From an uncultured Flavobacteriaceae bacterium (GTDB lineage Bacteria > Bacteroidota > Bacteroidia > Flavobacteriales > Flavobacteriaceae), in contig CALIJE010000016.1 in NCBI GenBank assembly GCA_938017825.1, positions 8,358 to 72,357 of the forward strand: a DNA stretch of 64,000 nucleotides. Reading direction: 5' to 3'. Positions 21,262 to 31,015 of this stretch are shown piece after piece; position 1 is the stretch's first letter, and each line of letters opens with the position of its first letter. Position numbers and translations under genes: made by a program. The notes under the pieces were generated by a model. That model ran no database searches and was not told where the DNA came from. It saw nothing but the letters and a program-made list of their open reading frames with translations.

Positions 21262-21970
21262 TTGGAACTATGTAAAGCTTTTTAGCTTAATGCTAGTAAT
21301 AGTAGGCCTTTACGCATTTTCTTCACATAGAAGTGAAGAAAAAAATGTAGACGGAATGAACGTAGAATTCGTTGGGGATCAGAATTTGTACATCACGCAG
21401 TCCACGGTTAATAAATTGTTAATACAAAAATTCGGTGGCCTCGAAAACATGCCCAAAGAAAAATTAGTTTTGAATACTATGGAGAAGGCCTTGCAGGCCA
21501 ACAAAATGGTAAAAAGTGCCCAAGTTTATCTTACTGTTGACGGTAAACTTAAATCCAAAATTGTTCAAAGAAAACCAATCGGACGGGTAGAGGCAGATAC
21601 CAAATTCTATGTGGACGATGAGGGGAAACGTATGCCACTTTCCACCAGTCACTCTGCAAGAGTTCCTATTATAACGGGAAAAATTACAGGTGAAACACTG
21701 GAAGATGTTTATGAAATATTGAAGTACATCAATGGGGATGAATTTCTGCGGAAGAACGTGATTGGAATTCATATTGAGGATATAGACAAGTATCAACTGA
21801 AATTCAGAATGGAGAATTTTGTTGTGAATCTGGGGAGTATTGAAAACCTAGAGGAGAAGTTCAACAATTTCAAGGCGTTTTACGCCAAGGCAGATAAAGA
21901 TGATACGTTGGCAAAGTATACCATTGTAAGTCTAGAGTTTAATAATCAAGTCGTGTGCACCAAAATATAA
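21251..21970 (+). CDS. ftsQ: Cell division protein FtsQ
   Basis: N-terminal TM then POTRA-like region; position between murC and ftsA; ATG at 21251. Confidence 0.88.
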   Translation: MQINWNYVKLFSLMLVIVGLYAFSSHRSEEKNVDGMNVEFVGDQNLYITQSTVNKLLIQKFGGLENMPKEKLVLNTMEKALQANKMVKSAQVYLTVDGKLKSKIVQRKPIGRVEADTKFYVDDEGKRMPLSTSHSARVPIITGKITGETLEDVYEILKYINGDEFLRKNVIGIHIEDIDKYQLKFRMENFVVNLGSIENLEEKFNNFKAFYAKADKDDTLAKYTIVSLEFNNQVVCTKI

Positions 21971-21973
21971 GAT

Positions 21974-23311
21974 ATGGAAGTAGGTAATTATTCAGTTGGG
22001 TTGGATATCGGTACAACCAAAATCGTTGCCATTATCGGCAAGAAGAACGAGTATGGTAAAATAGAGGTATTGGGTATTGGTAAATCAAAAAGCTTAGGGG
22101 TTCATCGTGGTGTGGTAAACAACATTACCCAAACGATACAATCTATTCAGCAAGCCGTTGAAGAAGCAGAGATGAACTCCGGACTTAAAATAGGATCTGT
22201 TGTGGTTGGTATAGCCGGGCAACATATCAGAAGCTTACACCATAGTGACTACATTACCCGGGCCGATTCTGAAGAAGTTATCAACGAGGACGATTTGGAA
22301 ACGCTGTGCAACCAGGTATATAAATTGGTCATGCTCCCTGGAGAAGAAATAATTCATGTGCTTCCACAAGAATACAAGGTCGATGGTCAGGCAGAGATAA
22401 AGGAACCCATAGGGATGTACGGCGGACGATTGGAGGCTAATTTTCATGTGGTCGTAGGCCAAGTTTCCAGTATTAGAAATGTAGGCCGATGTATTAAGAG
22501 TGCCGGTTTGGACTTAGGAAATATTACACTTGAACCTTTAGCTTCATCAGAGGCTGTGTTGAGCAAGGAAGAAAAAGAGGCTGGTGTAGCCTTGATCGAT
22601 ATAGGTGGCGGTACTACTGATTTGGCCATATTTAAAGACGGTATCATCCGACATACGGCCGTTATCCCTTTTGGCGGTGGTGTCATTACCGAAGATATCA
22701 AGGAAGGTTGTTCTATTATAGAGAAGCAGGCAGAATTGCTCAAAATGAAATTCGGTTCGGCCTGGCCAGGTGAAAATAAAGATAATGAGATTGTTTCCAT
22801 TCCTGGATTGAGGGGAAGGGAACCTAAGGAAATCACATTGAAAAACCTTTCCAAGATCATTCATGCTAGAGTAGTAGAGATTATCGAACAGGTATACGTC
22901 GAAATAAAAAACTATGGCCATGAAGAACAGAAGAAAAAACTTATAGCCGGTATCGTATTAACTGGTGGTGGTAGCCAATTGAAACATTTGAAACAATTGG
23001 TCGAGTACATCACTGGTATGGATACGAGAATTGGTTTCCCCAATGAGCATTTGGCAGGAGATTCAGATTCTGAAATCGCGAGCCCACTGTATGCAACAGC
23101 AGTTGGGTTATTGATGAATGCGGTGCAGAATGAGTCTAGGCCAAAACCAACAATCGGGGAGATGGGAGAATCGGATACGCCGATCGAAGAGGAATTTGTA
23201 ATGGCCGGTGATGAGGGCGATACAACAGCAGCAGTACAGAAAAAAGAACGAAAATCGGTATTTGATAAATGGTCTGAGAAGCTGAAGGACTTTTTGGACA
23301 ATGCTGAATAA
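21974..23311 (+). CDS. ftsA: Cell division protein FtsA
   Basis: LDIGTTK, DIGGGTTD, LTGGG; C-terminal amphipathic helix. Confidence 0.97.
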   Translation: MEVGNYSVGLDIGTTKIVAIIGKKNEYGKIEVLGIGKSKSLGVHRGVVNNITQTIQSIQQAVEEAEMNSGLKIGSVVVGIAGQHIRSLHHSDYITRADSEEVINEDDLETLCNQVYKLVMLPGEEIIHVLPQEYKVDGQAEIKEPIGMYGGRLEANFHVVVGQVSSIRNVGRCIKSAGLDLGNITLEPLASSEAVLSKEEKEAGVALIDIGGGTTDLAIFKDGIIRHTAVIPFGGGVITEDIKEGCSIIEKQAELLKMKFGSAWPGENKDNEIVSIPGLRGREPKEITLKNLSKIIHARVVEIIEQVYVEIKNYGHEEQKKKLIAGIVLTGGGSQLKHLKQLVEYITGMDTRIGFPNEHLAGDSDSEIASPLYATAVGLLMNAVQNESRPKPTIGEMGESDTPIEEEFVMAGDEGDTTAAVQKKERKSVFDKWSEKLKDFLDNAE

Positions 23312-23349
23312 GAAATATAAAATAAAAATTAAACCAGTAAAAAAGTCAT

Positions 23350-25293
23350 ATGAGCAACAACACGGAGTTTGACGGAATAGCTTTTGATCTTCCAAAGCAC
23401 AAAAGCAACGTAATTAAGGTGATTGGCGTGGGTGGTGGCGGCAGCAATGCCATCAATCACATGTTTCAATCGGGAATAAACGGGGTCGATTTTGTAATTC
23501 TAAATACCGATTCACAGGCATTGAACAATAGTTCTATCCCAAACAAGATTCAGTTGGGCGTATCCCTTACCGAAGGTCTAGGTGCCGGTGCTAACCCTGA
23601 AGTAGGGGAGCAAGCCGCAATGGAAAGTATGGAGGATATCAAAGCGATGTTGGATACAACAACAAAAATGGTTTTCATAACCGCTGGTATGGGCGGGGGA
23701 ACAGGTACTGGCGCTGCTCCCGTAATTGCCAAACAAGCAAAAGAGATGGACATCCTTACCGTGGGGATTGTAACCATGCCTTTTCAATTTGAAGGTAAGA
23801 TGCGCTGCGAACAAGCTCAGTTGGGTATCGAAAAACTAAGGAACAATGTAGATTCCTTGATTGTAATCAACAATAACAAATTACGTGAAGTATATGGGAA
23901 CTTAGGTTTTAAAGCAGGTTTCTCCAAGGCCGATGAAGTCCTTTCTACGGCCGCACGAGGAATTGCAGAGGTAATCACACATCATTATACACAGAATATC
24001 GACCTTAGAGACGCTAAAACGGTACTTTCCAATAGTGGAACCGCAATTATGGGATCGGCTGTAGCTACAGGCTCTGCAAGAGCCAACGAGGCAATAATGA
24101 AAGCCTTGGATTCTCCTCTACTTAATGACAATAAGATCGCAGGAGCCAAGAACGTTTTATTGCTCATCGTTTCAGGTTCTCAAGAAATCACTATCGATGA
24201 AATCGGAGAAATCAATGACCATATTCAAATTGAGGCAGGCCATGGTGCAAATATTATCATGGGTGTTGGGGAAGACGAAGAATTGGGCGAGGCTATTGCA
24301 GTAACCGTTATCGCTACAGGATTTGATGTAGAGCAACAAGACTCGATTGCGAATACAGAATCTAAAAAAATCATCCACACCTTGGAAGAAGGGCAAAAAG
24401 CAGAGCACAATTTAACGGCAGAGCCTATTGTACATCAGTTGGTAGATGACCTCGAGGTTATGGACGAACCCATCTTGAAACATGAGGTTGCCGAGGAGGA
24501 GAACGTGCTCGATTTGGGAATGGATTTGATTCCAACTACGAATTACATCAAGAATTTTAATGTTTTTTATGAGGAAGTAATCGAAGAAGTGGTCAAAGAA
24601 GAAGTAAGTGAAGAAGACTTTATTATAATCGACACGACGCCTGAAATAAGCAATATGGATGTCGTTGATGCCGAGGAAGTATCTGCTACCGAAGATCAAT
24701 TCGCCATTAGCTTTGATATGCCCCTTTCACAACAGGAAGAGACTATAGAAGAGGAGGAACAAACTATAACCTTTGATTTGGAAGAGGAGGAAGAGGTTAA
24801 AGAGATGAAAGTTAATGATCATATTGAGGTAATCCCGGTTTTAGAATACAATAAAAATGGTGAGACACGATATAGTCTTGATGATTATATGGAGTTGGAA
24901 AATGAATTGACCGGTGCAAAGTCTAAGGCTGAACAATACGAGCCTAAAATAATAGAAGACGAATTGGTATTTGAAAAGATAGTCGTCGATGAGGATACTC
25001 CCAATAACACAGAAACAGAAAGTGTTGATCCAATGGATAGCCCAATTGAAACCCTCTTAAAGGAGCGGGCCGATGAGCGCAGAAGAAAACTCAAGGATTT
25101 CAATTACAAGTTTCAAAATAATATTAATAGTATCGACGAAATCGAAAAAGAACCTGCGTACAAGAGACAGGGTATCGACTTAACTGAATCCTCCAATGAC
25201 AGCAAGGTATCTAGAACCACATTAGGAGAGGATAGCAATGATGAGATTCAGTTACGTTCCAATAATTCTTTTCTACATGATAATGTAGATTAA
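23350..25293 (+). CDS. ftsZ: Cell division protein FtsZ with long acidic linker
   Basis: GVGGGG, GGGTGTG tubulin signature; EPAYKRQ and [11 protein letters not shown]-terminus. Confidence 0.98.
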   Translation: MSNNTEFDGIAFDLPKHKSNVIKVIGVGGGGSNAINHMFQSGINGVDFVILNTDSQALNNSSIPNKIQLGVSLTEGLGAGANPEVGEQAAMESMEDIKAMLDTTTKMVFITAGMGGGTGTGAAPVIAKQAKEMDILTVGIVTMPFQFEGKMRCEQAQLGIEKLRNNVDSLIVINNNKLREVYGNLGFKAGFSKADEVLSTAARGIAEVITHHYTQNIDLRDAKTVLSNSGTAIMGSAVATGSARANEAIMKALDSPLLNDNKIAGAKNVLLLIVSGSQEITIDEIGEINDHIQIEAGHGANIIMGVGEDEELGEAIAVTVIATGFDVEQQDSIANTESKKIIHTLEEGQKAEHNLTAEPIVHQLVDDLEVMDEPILKHEVAEEENVLDLGMDLIPTTNYIKNFNVFYEEVIEEVVKEEVSEEDFIIIDTTPEISNMDVVDAEEVSATEDQFAISFDMPLSQQEETIEEEEQTITFDLEEEEEVKEMKVNDHIEVIPVLEYNKNGETRYSLDDYMELENELTGAKSKAEQYEPKIIEDELVFEKIVVDEDTPNNTETESVDPMDSPIETLLKERADERRRKLKDFNYKFQNNINSIDEIEKEPAYKRQGIDLTESSNDSKVSRTTLGEDSNDEIQLRSNNSFLHDNVD

Positions 25294-25317
25294 AGTACGT
25301 TTCCCCATAAATTTATG

Positions 25318-25354
25318 AACCCGAAAATCGGATAGATTTTCGGGTTTATTCTTT
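25318..25354 (+). terminator. Hairpin / probable terminator after ftsZ
   Basis: AACCCGAAAATC-ggata-GATTTTCGGGTT followed by T-rich sequence. Confidence 0.7.
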
Positions 25355-25380
25355 ATCTTCGCAATCCAATTTATGACACT

Positions 25381-25830
25381 ATGGGCTTACAGGATAAGGT
25401 AATGGAGCAAATGAAAATGGCGATGAAGGCAAAAGACAAAGTTGCGTTGGAATCATTGCGTGCCATAAAATCGGCTTTGCTTTTGGCCCAGACCGAGGGA
25501 GGTTCTGGAGCTGGGCTTTCAGATGCCGATGAAATTACGTTGGTTCAAAAATTAGTAAAGCAACGCAAGGATAGTGCAGCCATATTTTTAGAGCAGGGCC
25601 GTAATGATCTTGCCGAACCAGAACTGGCTCAGGTACGTGTAATTGAGCAATTTTTGCCAGAACAATTGGGTGCTGATGAGATTGAGAAAGTAGTTGTTGA
25701 GACTATTGCTGCCACTGGAGCAGTGGGCATGAAAGATATGGGCAAGGTAATGGGAATAGTTTCCAAGCAATTGGCGGGCCAAGCTGATGGCAAAACCATT
25801 TCTACTATTGTAAAAAGTAAATTAGGATAA
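25381..25830 (+). CDS. GatB/YqeY domain protein
   Basis: MKMAMKAKDK, KQRKDS, FLPEQL, MKDMGKVMG, ADGK. Confidence 0.93.
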   Translation: MGLQDKVMEQMKMAMKAKDKVALESLRAIKSALLLAQTEGGSGAGLSDADEITLVQKLVKQRKDSAAIFLEQGRNDLAEPELAQVRVIEQFLPEQLGADEIEKVVVETIAATGAVGMKDMGKVMGIVSKQLAGQADGKTISTIVKSKLG

Positions 25831-25835
25831 CATAA

Positions 25836-25909
25836 GGCCGCGTGGCGCAACTGAATAGCGCATCAGATTTCGGCTCTGAGGGTTGGGGGTTTGAATCCCT
25901 CCGCGGTCA
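25836..25909 (+). tRNA. tRNA-Arg, anticodon TCG; CCA not encoded
   Basis: Acceptor GGCCGCG/CGCGGTC, D stem GCGC/GCGC, anticodon stem TCAGA/TCTGA with loop TT-TCG-GC (25870-25872), T arm GGGGG-TTTGAAT-CCCTC. Confidence 0.93.
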
Positions 25910-25918
25910 CTACATTCG

Positions 25919-25947
25919 AAAAGTCGATACTAGCGTATCGACTTTTT
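25919..25947 (+). terminator. Intrinsic terminator after the tRNA
   Basis: AAAAGTCGATAC-tagc-GTATCGACTTTTT. Confidence 0.85.
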
Positions 25948-26063
25948 GTCATTCAAAACCGATATAGATAAAGCTATGAGTTAAGGAAAGCGTGGTGAAG
26001 AGAAGCCTGAAAAATAATTTTCAAAAGTGAACTAACTAATTTGCCATAGGTCTTATATGAGTA

Positions 26064-26453
26064 TTATTCAACGACAGCAAGTTTATCATCATCTATAAAA
26101 TAGTTTTGAACCACTTCGCGTATATGTGCTTTCTTTAAAGTTGAATTTGCCGTGCGATATTCTTGATGAATCAGTGCGACGGCCGGATAAGAGACACAGC
26201 TCACTTCCTCTCCTTTTTGATTGGTTATCTTCAGTGTCGCTGTTGCATTTAAAAGGTTCTTGCCTGAAAGCGTAAGGGTTTGTTTTTCAAAGTTTGGTCC
26301 ACCTTTTTTTTGAATAATACTATTTTCTAATAGTATGTCTGAGCTAATCTTTGATACATTTTCAATTTGCGCTGCGCGTTTGTTGTCACTGCTACAGGAA
26401 ATAAAAAATGCTACAATCATTAAGGTAAAAAGTCTAAATTTCAACGTTTTCAT
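26064..26453 (-). CDS. Small hypothetical lipoprotein
   Basis: 129 aa; signal peptide ending FFISC. Confidence 0.7.
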   Translation of the reverse strand: MKTLKFRLFTLMIVAFFISCSSDNKRAAQIENVSKISSDILLENSIIQKKGGPNFEKQTLTLSGKNLLNATATLKITNQKGEEVSCVSYPAVALIHQEYRTANSTLKKAHIREVVQNYFIDDDKLAVVE

Positions 26454-26535
26454 CTTCAGGTGTTTTTAGTTTGTAGAACACTTCAAAGATGAAATTTTGG
26501 CAGGCCGAATGGTTGGCCAAAAAGAGTGAAATAAA

Positions 26536-26557
26536 TACTCCCAATATTCAGGGGGTA
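26536..26557. promoter_or_regulatory. Candidate response-regulator operator (imperfect inverted repeat)
   Basis: TACTCCC-N8-GGGGGTA upstream of the lipoprotein gene; similar motif at 29269-29290. Confidence 0.45.
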
Positions 26558-26587
26558 CTTTAATCTGTAAGCTATTGATAATAGGGT

Positions 26588-27232
26588 CTAAGAATCTAGG
26601 AGTCCCATTTTAATGGCGTGCTTTGTCAATCCTGCTAGATTTTTTACCTGCAATTTTGAGATAAGATTTTTGCGGTAGCTTTCTATGGTATGTTTGCTTA
26701 GAAATAGTTTGTCTGCGATTTCCTGGGTAGTATTTTCTTCCGCAATAAGCCTAAGAACTTGAACTTCACGATCGGTCAACGAGATTTCCTCTTGTTTCTT
26801 ATTTTCGAACATCGCATCGGTATAGGCCCTCTTTATTTCTGCAGAAAAGTATTTGTCACCACCGATTATGCTTCGAATGGCATTGAGCAATTCTTCTTTT
26901 TCCGCATTTTTGGGCACATAACCATCTACGTTATTCCGAATAAGTTTGTCGATCATTCCGCCGTCAATATGCATACTTACAACAAGTGTTTTTAGGCTGG
27001 GATAGTTTTCTTTTACAACTTTGTTGAGCTGAATACCATCCATTTCTGGCATGGTGAGGTCGGTAATCAATAAATGAAGGTTGTCCGCACCATTGATTTC
27101 CAAGTACTTTGCTACCTGCGCACCGTTCTTGGCGGTCAATACCACTTTCAGATCTGGTGCATCTTTGAGAATGCTTAAAAGACCATCGATGAACATCTTA
27201 TGATCGTCGGCAATTATTAGATTGTAATTCAT
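26588..27232 (-). CDS. NarL/LuxR-family response regulator
   Basis: IADDH, DLTMP phospho-acceptor, LTDREVQVL...IADKLFLS-x-HTIESYRKN HTH. Confidence 0.95.
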   Translation of the reverse strand: MNYNLIIADDHKMFIDGLLSILKDAPDLKVVLTAKNGAQVAKYLEINGADNLHLLITDLTMPEMDGIQLNKVVKENYPSLKTLVVSMHIDGGMIDKLIRNNVDGYVPKNAEKEELLNAIRSIIGGDKYFSAEIKRAYTDAMFENKKQEEISLTDREVQVLRLIAEENTTQEIADKLFLSKHTIESYRKNLISKLQVKNLAGLTKHAIKMGLLDS

Positions 27233-29187
27233 GATGCAGTAGTTTCAATTGGTATTTCTATTGATACAACGGTTCCGCGTTCTAATACAGAATCGATATG
27301 TAAAGTTCCTTTTAGTTCCTTTATCCTGTTCTTAATATTTTCCAAGCCAATTCCTTCCATTATCGAATTGGTTTCGAATCCGCCTCCGTTGTCCTCAAAT
27401 ATAAGCGAGAGATCATTATCGATCAGACTCAGATGAATCTCTACAGAACTCGCATCGGCATGTTTCAAGGTATTCGTCATTAATTCTTGTATGATCTTAT
27501 AAATCTCCATTTGGTGCTTTTCATCTATTGCCTTGATTTCTTTTTCAGGATGCGGATGAAAACCCACCTCAAGTTTACCGGTATTCGAAATAGAATTGGC
27601 ATATTCCCGAATCAAATCGGTAAAGTCATTTTGTCTAAATTTTTGCGGTATAAGTGTGTGCGAGATATCGCGTACCAATTGATAGGTTTCATCAATTTGT
27701 CCGGTTAGGTTTTTTAGTTTTTCCGAATCGCCGTTCATACTGGCAAATTGAAGCTTAATCCCTGCAAGATTGCCTCCAATACTATCATGGAGTTCTTGCG
27801 CGATTCGCTTGCGTTCCTCATCCTGTCCCTGAATGGAAGCCTTGATTAAATTCAATTCTTGTTCTTTTCTCAGGGCCTCTACTTTTTGAATGTTGATTTC
27901 TTCAAGTTTCCTTGAAAGCTCGCTCTGTGCCTGAATTTTTTGATAATACGTATAGAGCAATGCTATAATTGGGAACAAAATTATCAAAAACCCAATCAGA
28001 AAGGCATTCTTATATGTTTTCTGACGCTGCAATTCCGATTCTTTCTGCAGCTGTTTTTCAGTAAGATTCAGTATTTGTTTCTCTTTTTGAAGCGTTTCAT
28101 ATTGCACCTCAAGTTCTTTACTGACTTTTTGCTGTTGGGCGGTATTGATTTTGCTTTTAATATTGGCAAGCTGGGTCATTACCGCATATGCGTTGTTATA
28201 GTCTTCGGTAGCGGAAAAGACCTTATGCTGTACACTCAGTATTTGGGCCTGATAATGCAGGTTTTCGCGTTCAATGGCATTCACATATGCTGTAGATAGC
28301 GCCGCATTGGCCGCCTGATAATTACCTTCTTTATAAAAAAGATTTCCTATTCGAATAGTACCTTCAAAATATATGGTAAAGAAACCCGATTGAAGTCCAC
28401 GATTTCTACTTTCATTGTAATAGGTAAATGCTTTTTCAAAGTCATTGTTATGTTCGGCAAGCAAACCAAGCTTTATATTAATGGTTAATTCCATTTCTAG
28501 ATTGCCAGAGGCCTTACTTCGTTCCAAGGCCTCCTCTAGGGTTGTTTGCGCCAGTTGCAAATCATTTTTCGCATAATAGGCATCACCAAGATAAATCAAG
28601 GCTTCGTTCGTCAACTGGGCTTGTTCATCATCAAAATCCTCTCGGGCCTTTTTTAAAAGAGAAATCGCCTTGTCATATTCGTTTTTGAGATTATAGTTTT
28701 TGCCCAAGCCAATTTTATGCAGGTATTGATATTCGGTATTTTTAATAGCTTCAGCTTCCGATATTCCTTTGAAATGCCACGTAATTGCATTATCGAAAAG
28801 TCCATTGAATTTACAGCCATTGGCAAGAATGTGGTATGCCTTCGTCAGATGAAATTTCTTTTCTAGCTCAGGTTTGTCCCAATTCTGAATCTCTTTTAAA
28901 TATAGGTCTCCATAGTACATAATGGAATCTGTATTGGCCTTTTGAATGTGATGTGTTGCTAATTGTTCAAAAATCGAAAATCGTGGTGCCCCGAATTCAG
29001 CCGTTTTTAGTGCCTCATAATAGGGCTTTAGAGATTTTTGTTTTTCATTGGGAACGGTTGAAAAGGTAATTGTCTGGGAATTCTCTTGAGGAAAAATAAA
29101 ATGGGAGAAACCAATACACACCAATAGCATTATCAAAAAGTGCCATGTGCTTGATCGGCATGTATAAAATGTGGTTTGATCGCTCAA
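27229..29187 (-). CDS. TPR-containing sensor histidine kinase (HisKA_3)
   Basis: N-terminal hydrophobic segment, TPR-like helices, TM AFLIGFLIILFPIIALLY, ERKRIAQELHD H-box, DNGGGF and GIGL ATP boxes. Confidence 0.93.
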   Translation of the reverse strand: MSDQTTFYTCRSSTWHFLIMLLVCIGFSHFIFPQENSQTITFSTVPNEKQKSLKPYYEALKTAEFGAPRFSIFEQLATHHIQKANTDSIMYYGDLYLKEIQNWDKPELEKKFHLTKAYHILANGCKFNGLFDNAITWHFKGISEAEAIKNTEYQYLHKIGLGKNYNLKNEYDKAISLLKKAREDFDDEQAQLTNEALIYLGDAYYAKNDLQLAQTTLEEALERSKASGNLEMELTINIKLGLLAEHNNDFEKAFTYYNESRNRGLQSGFFTIYFEGTIRIGNLFYKEGNYQAANAALSTAYVNAIERENLHYQAQILSVQHKVFSATEDYNNAYAVMTQLANIKSKINTAQQQKVSKELEVQYETLQKEKQILNLTEKQLQKESELQRQKTYKNAFLIGFLIILFPIIALLYTYYQKIQAQSELSRKLEEINIQKVEALRKEQELNLIKASIQGQDEERKRIAQELHDSIGGNLAGIKLQFASMNGDSEKLKNLTGQIDETYQLVRDISHTLIPQKFRQNDFTDLIREYANSISNTGKLEVGFHPHPEKEIKAIDEKHQMEIYKIIQELMTNTLKHADASSVEIHLSLIDNDLSLIFEDNGGGFETNSIMEGIGLENIKNRIKELKGTLHIDSVLERGTVVSIEIPIETTAS

Positions 29188-29268
29188 GAATTTCTTATTA
29201 TGCGTTAGGACAATTTACAAAGTTAAGCCAACTTTCGAAACGCAAGTAAACGTTTTATAGCGCATTGT

Positions 29269-29290
29269 TGCCCCCTGAAAACAGGGATTC
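29269..29290. promoter_or_regulatory. Candidate response-regulator operator upstream of the kinase
   Basis: CCCTG-AAAA-CAGGG palindrome; 16/22 identical to the reverse complement of 26536-26557. Confidence 0.45.
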
Positions 29291-29321
29291 TATAGTGTTT
29301 TTAACCAATATGATTGGATAT

Positions 29322-30281
29322 TTAGCTAAGAATGGCCTTTACAATCACTTTTGCATGTATCCTAGAATTCTCAATAAACCATTTATGGGTTTCCATTCCG
29401 CCACAAATAACCCCGGCCAAATAAAGACCCTTAACGTTGCTTTCCATGGTTTCGGGATTATAGGTCGGAAGGCGTTTCTCATCTTTGGAGAGGGTGATTC
29501 CAATAGTCTCAAGGAATTCAAAATTCGGTTTGTAACCTGTTAAGGCCAATACAAAATCGTTTTCAAGAACAACTTCGCCTTCTGGCGAGGCAACAACAAT
29601 GTGGTCTTTGTGAATTTCCTTGACATTAGAGTTGTAATACGTTTTTATACTGCCCTCCTCGATGCGATTCAAAATATCTGGTCGTACCCAATATTTAACG
29701 CGCTTGCCAACTTCTGGACCTCGAATGATCAAGGTAACCTCAGATCCTTTCCGATAACATTCCAAAGCAGCATCTACCGCAGAATTACTGGCACCTATTA
29801 CCGCGAGTTTTTGGCTCGCGTAAAAATGGGGGTTGTTGTAATAGTGCGATACCTTTGATAAGTGTTCTCCAACTATATCCAGGGTTTTGGGCAAGTCGTA
29901 AAATCCGGTAGCTAAGACTACATTCAAGGCAGAATATTTGGCCTTATCTGTGTGAATAGTAAATAGATCATTAGTCTTTATAACTTTCGCCACTTTTTCA
30001 AACAGCTTGATGTTTAGATTGTTAGAGGTGACAATTCGACGATAGTACTCAAGTGCTTCATCTCGTTTTGGCTTTGCCTCTTTGCTTATAAATGGGATAT
30101 CGTCGATTTCCAGTTTTTCGGAAGATGAAAAAAACTGCATGTTCGATGGGTAATTAAAAAGCGAATTTACAATAGGCCCTTTTTCAATTATAAGATAATT
30201 GAGCCCATTTTTTTTGGCTTCAAGCCCACAGGCAATGCCTATAGGGCCACCTCCTACAATTACAAGCTCGTAGGTTTTCAT
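29322..30281 (-). CDS. ypdA: YpdA-family putative bacillithiol disulfide reductase
   Basis: GGGPIG, FFSSSEKLEI, ATGFYD, KYWVRPDI, FIENSRIHA; lacks the TrxB CxxC. Confidence 0.88.
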   Translation of the reverse strand: MKTYELVIVGGGPIGIACGLEAKKNGLNYLIIEKGPIVNSLFNYPSNMQFFSSSEKLEIDDIPFISKEAKPKRDEALEYYRRIVTSNNLNIKLFEKVAKVIKTNDLFTIHTDKAKYSALNVVLATGFYDLPKTLDIVGEHLSKVSHYYNNPHFYASQKLAVIGASNSAVDAALECYRKGSEVTLIIRGPEVGKRVKYWVRPDILNRIEEGSIKTYYNSNVKEIHKDHIVVASPEGEVVLENDFVLALTGYKPNFEFLETIGITLSKDEKRLPTYNPETMESNVKGLYLAGVICGGMETHKWFIENSRIHAKVIVKAILS

Positions 30282-30940
30282 TAGCCGGCTAGTTCCTTAA
30301 GTTCTTTTATGGTATCGACAGGATGTTTACTTTTAAAAACAAAACTGCCGGCAACCAAAACATCAGCACCTGAATCGACTAGGGCTTTGGCATTTTTTGA
30401 GGTTACTCCGCCGTCAATTTCGATAAGGGTTTTTGCACCTTTTCGGATAATCATTTCTTTCAAACTCTTTACTTTAGTGTACGTATTTTCAATAAACGAC
30501 TGGCCCCCAAAACCTGGATTCACACTCATCAAACAAACTACATCAATGTCTTGAATAGTATCCTCCAATAGTTGCACGTTGGTATGAGGATTCAGTGCAA
30601 CGCCGGCTTTCATACCAGCCGATTTAATGGCTTGTAGACTCCTGTGTAAATGAGTGCAGGCCTCATAGTGAACGCTAAGAATTTGCGCACCTAAATCTGC
30701 GAATGTTTGTATATAGCGGTCGGGGTCAACTATCATAAGATGCACATCGAGTGGTTTCGTGGCGTGCTTGGCAATAGCCTTTACGACTGGCATACCATAC
30801 GAAATGTTTGGAACGAAGACACCATCCATTACATCGATGTGATGCCAATCGGCAGCACTATTATTTACCAATTCAACATCACGTTGCAGATTTCCAAAAT
30901 CGGCTGCAAGTAGGGAAGGGGCTATTTTTGTTTTACTCAT
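30281..30940 (-). CDS. rpe: Ribulose-phosphate 3-epimerase
   Basis: IAPSLLAADF, HIDVMDG, DVHLM, MSVNPGFGGQ, IDGG; ATG at 30940. Confidence 0.97.
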   Translation of the reverse strand: MSKTKIAPSLLAADFGNLQRDVELVNNSAADWHHIDVMDGVFVPNISYGMPVVKAIAKHATKPLDVHLMIVDPDRYIQTFADLGAQILSVHYEACTHLHRSLQAIKSAGMKAGVALNPHTNVQLLEDTIQDIDVVCLMSVNPGFGGQSFIENTYTKVKSLKEMIIRKGAKTLIEIDGGVTSKNAKALVDSGADVLVAGSFVFKSKHPVDTIKELKELAG

Positions 30941-31015
30941 GTGGTTTGTGAACTTGAGAATTCGATACAAAAATACGCAATTGAGTCGGTAGGATAGGTA
31001 TCGGAATTCTCTCGC

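Noticed and set aside
13493-21970. dcw cluster lacks murF, murB and ddl
   Set aside because: Usual arrangement in Bacteroidota; gene junctions are tight with no sign of deletion
25910-29321. Possible island integrated at tRNA-Arg
   Set aside because: No integrase and no duplicated tRNA 3' end noticed in the window
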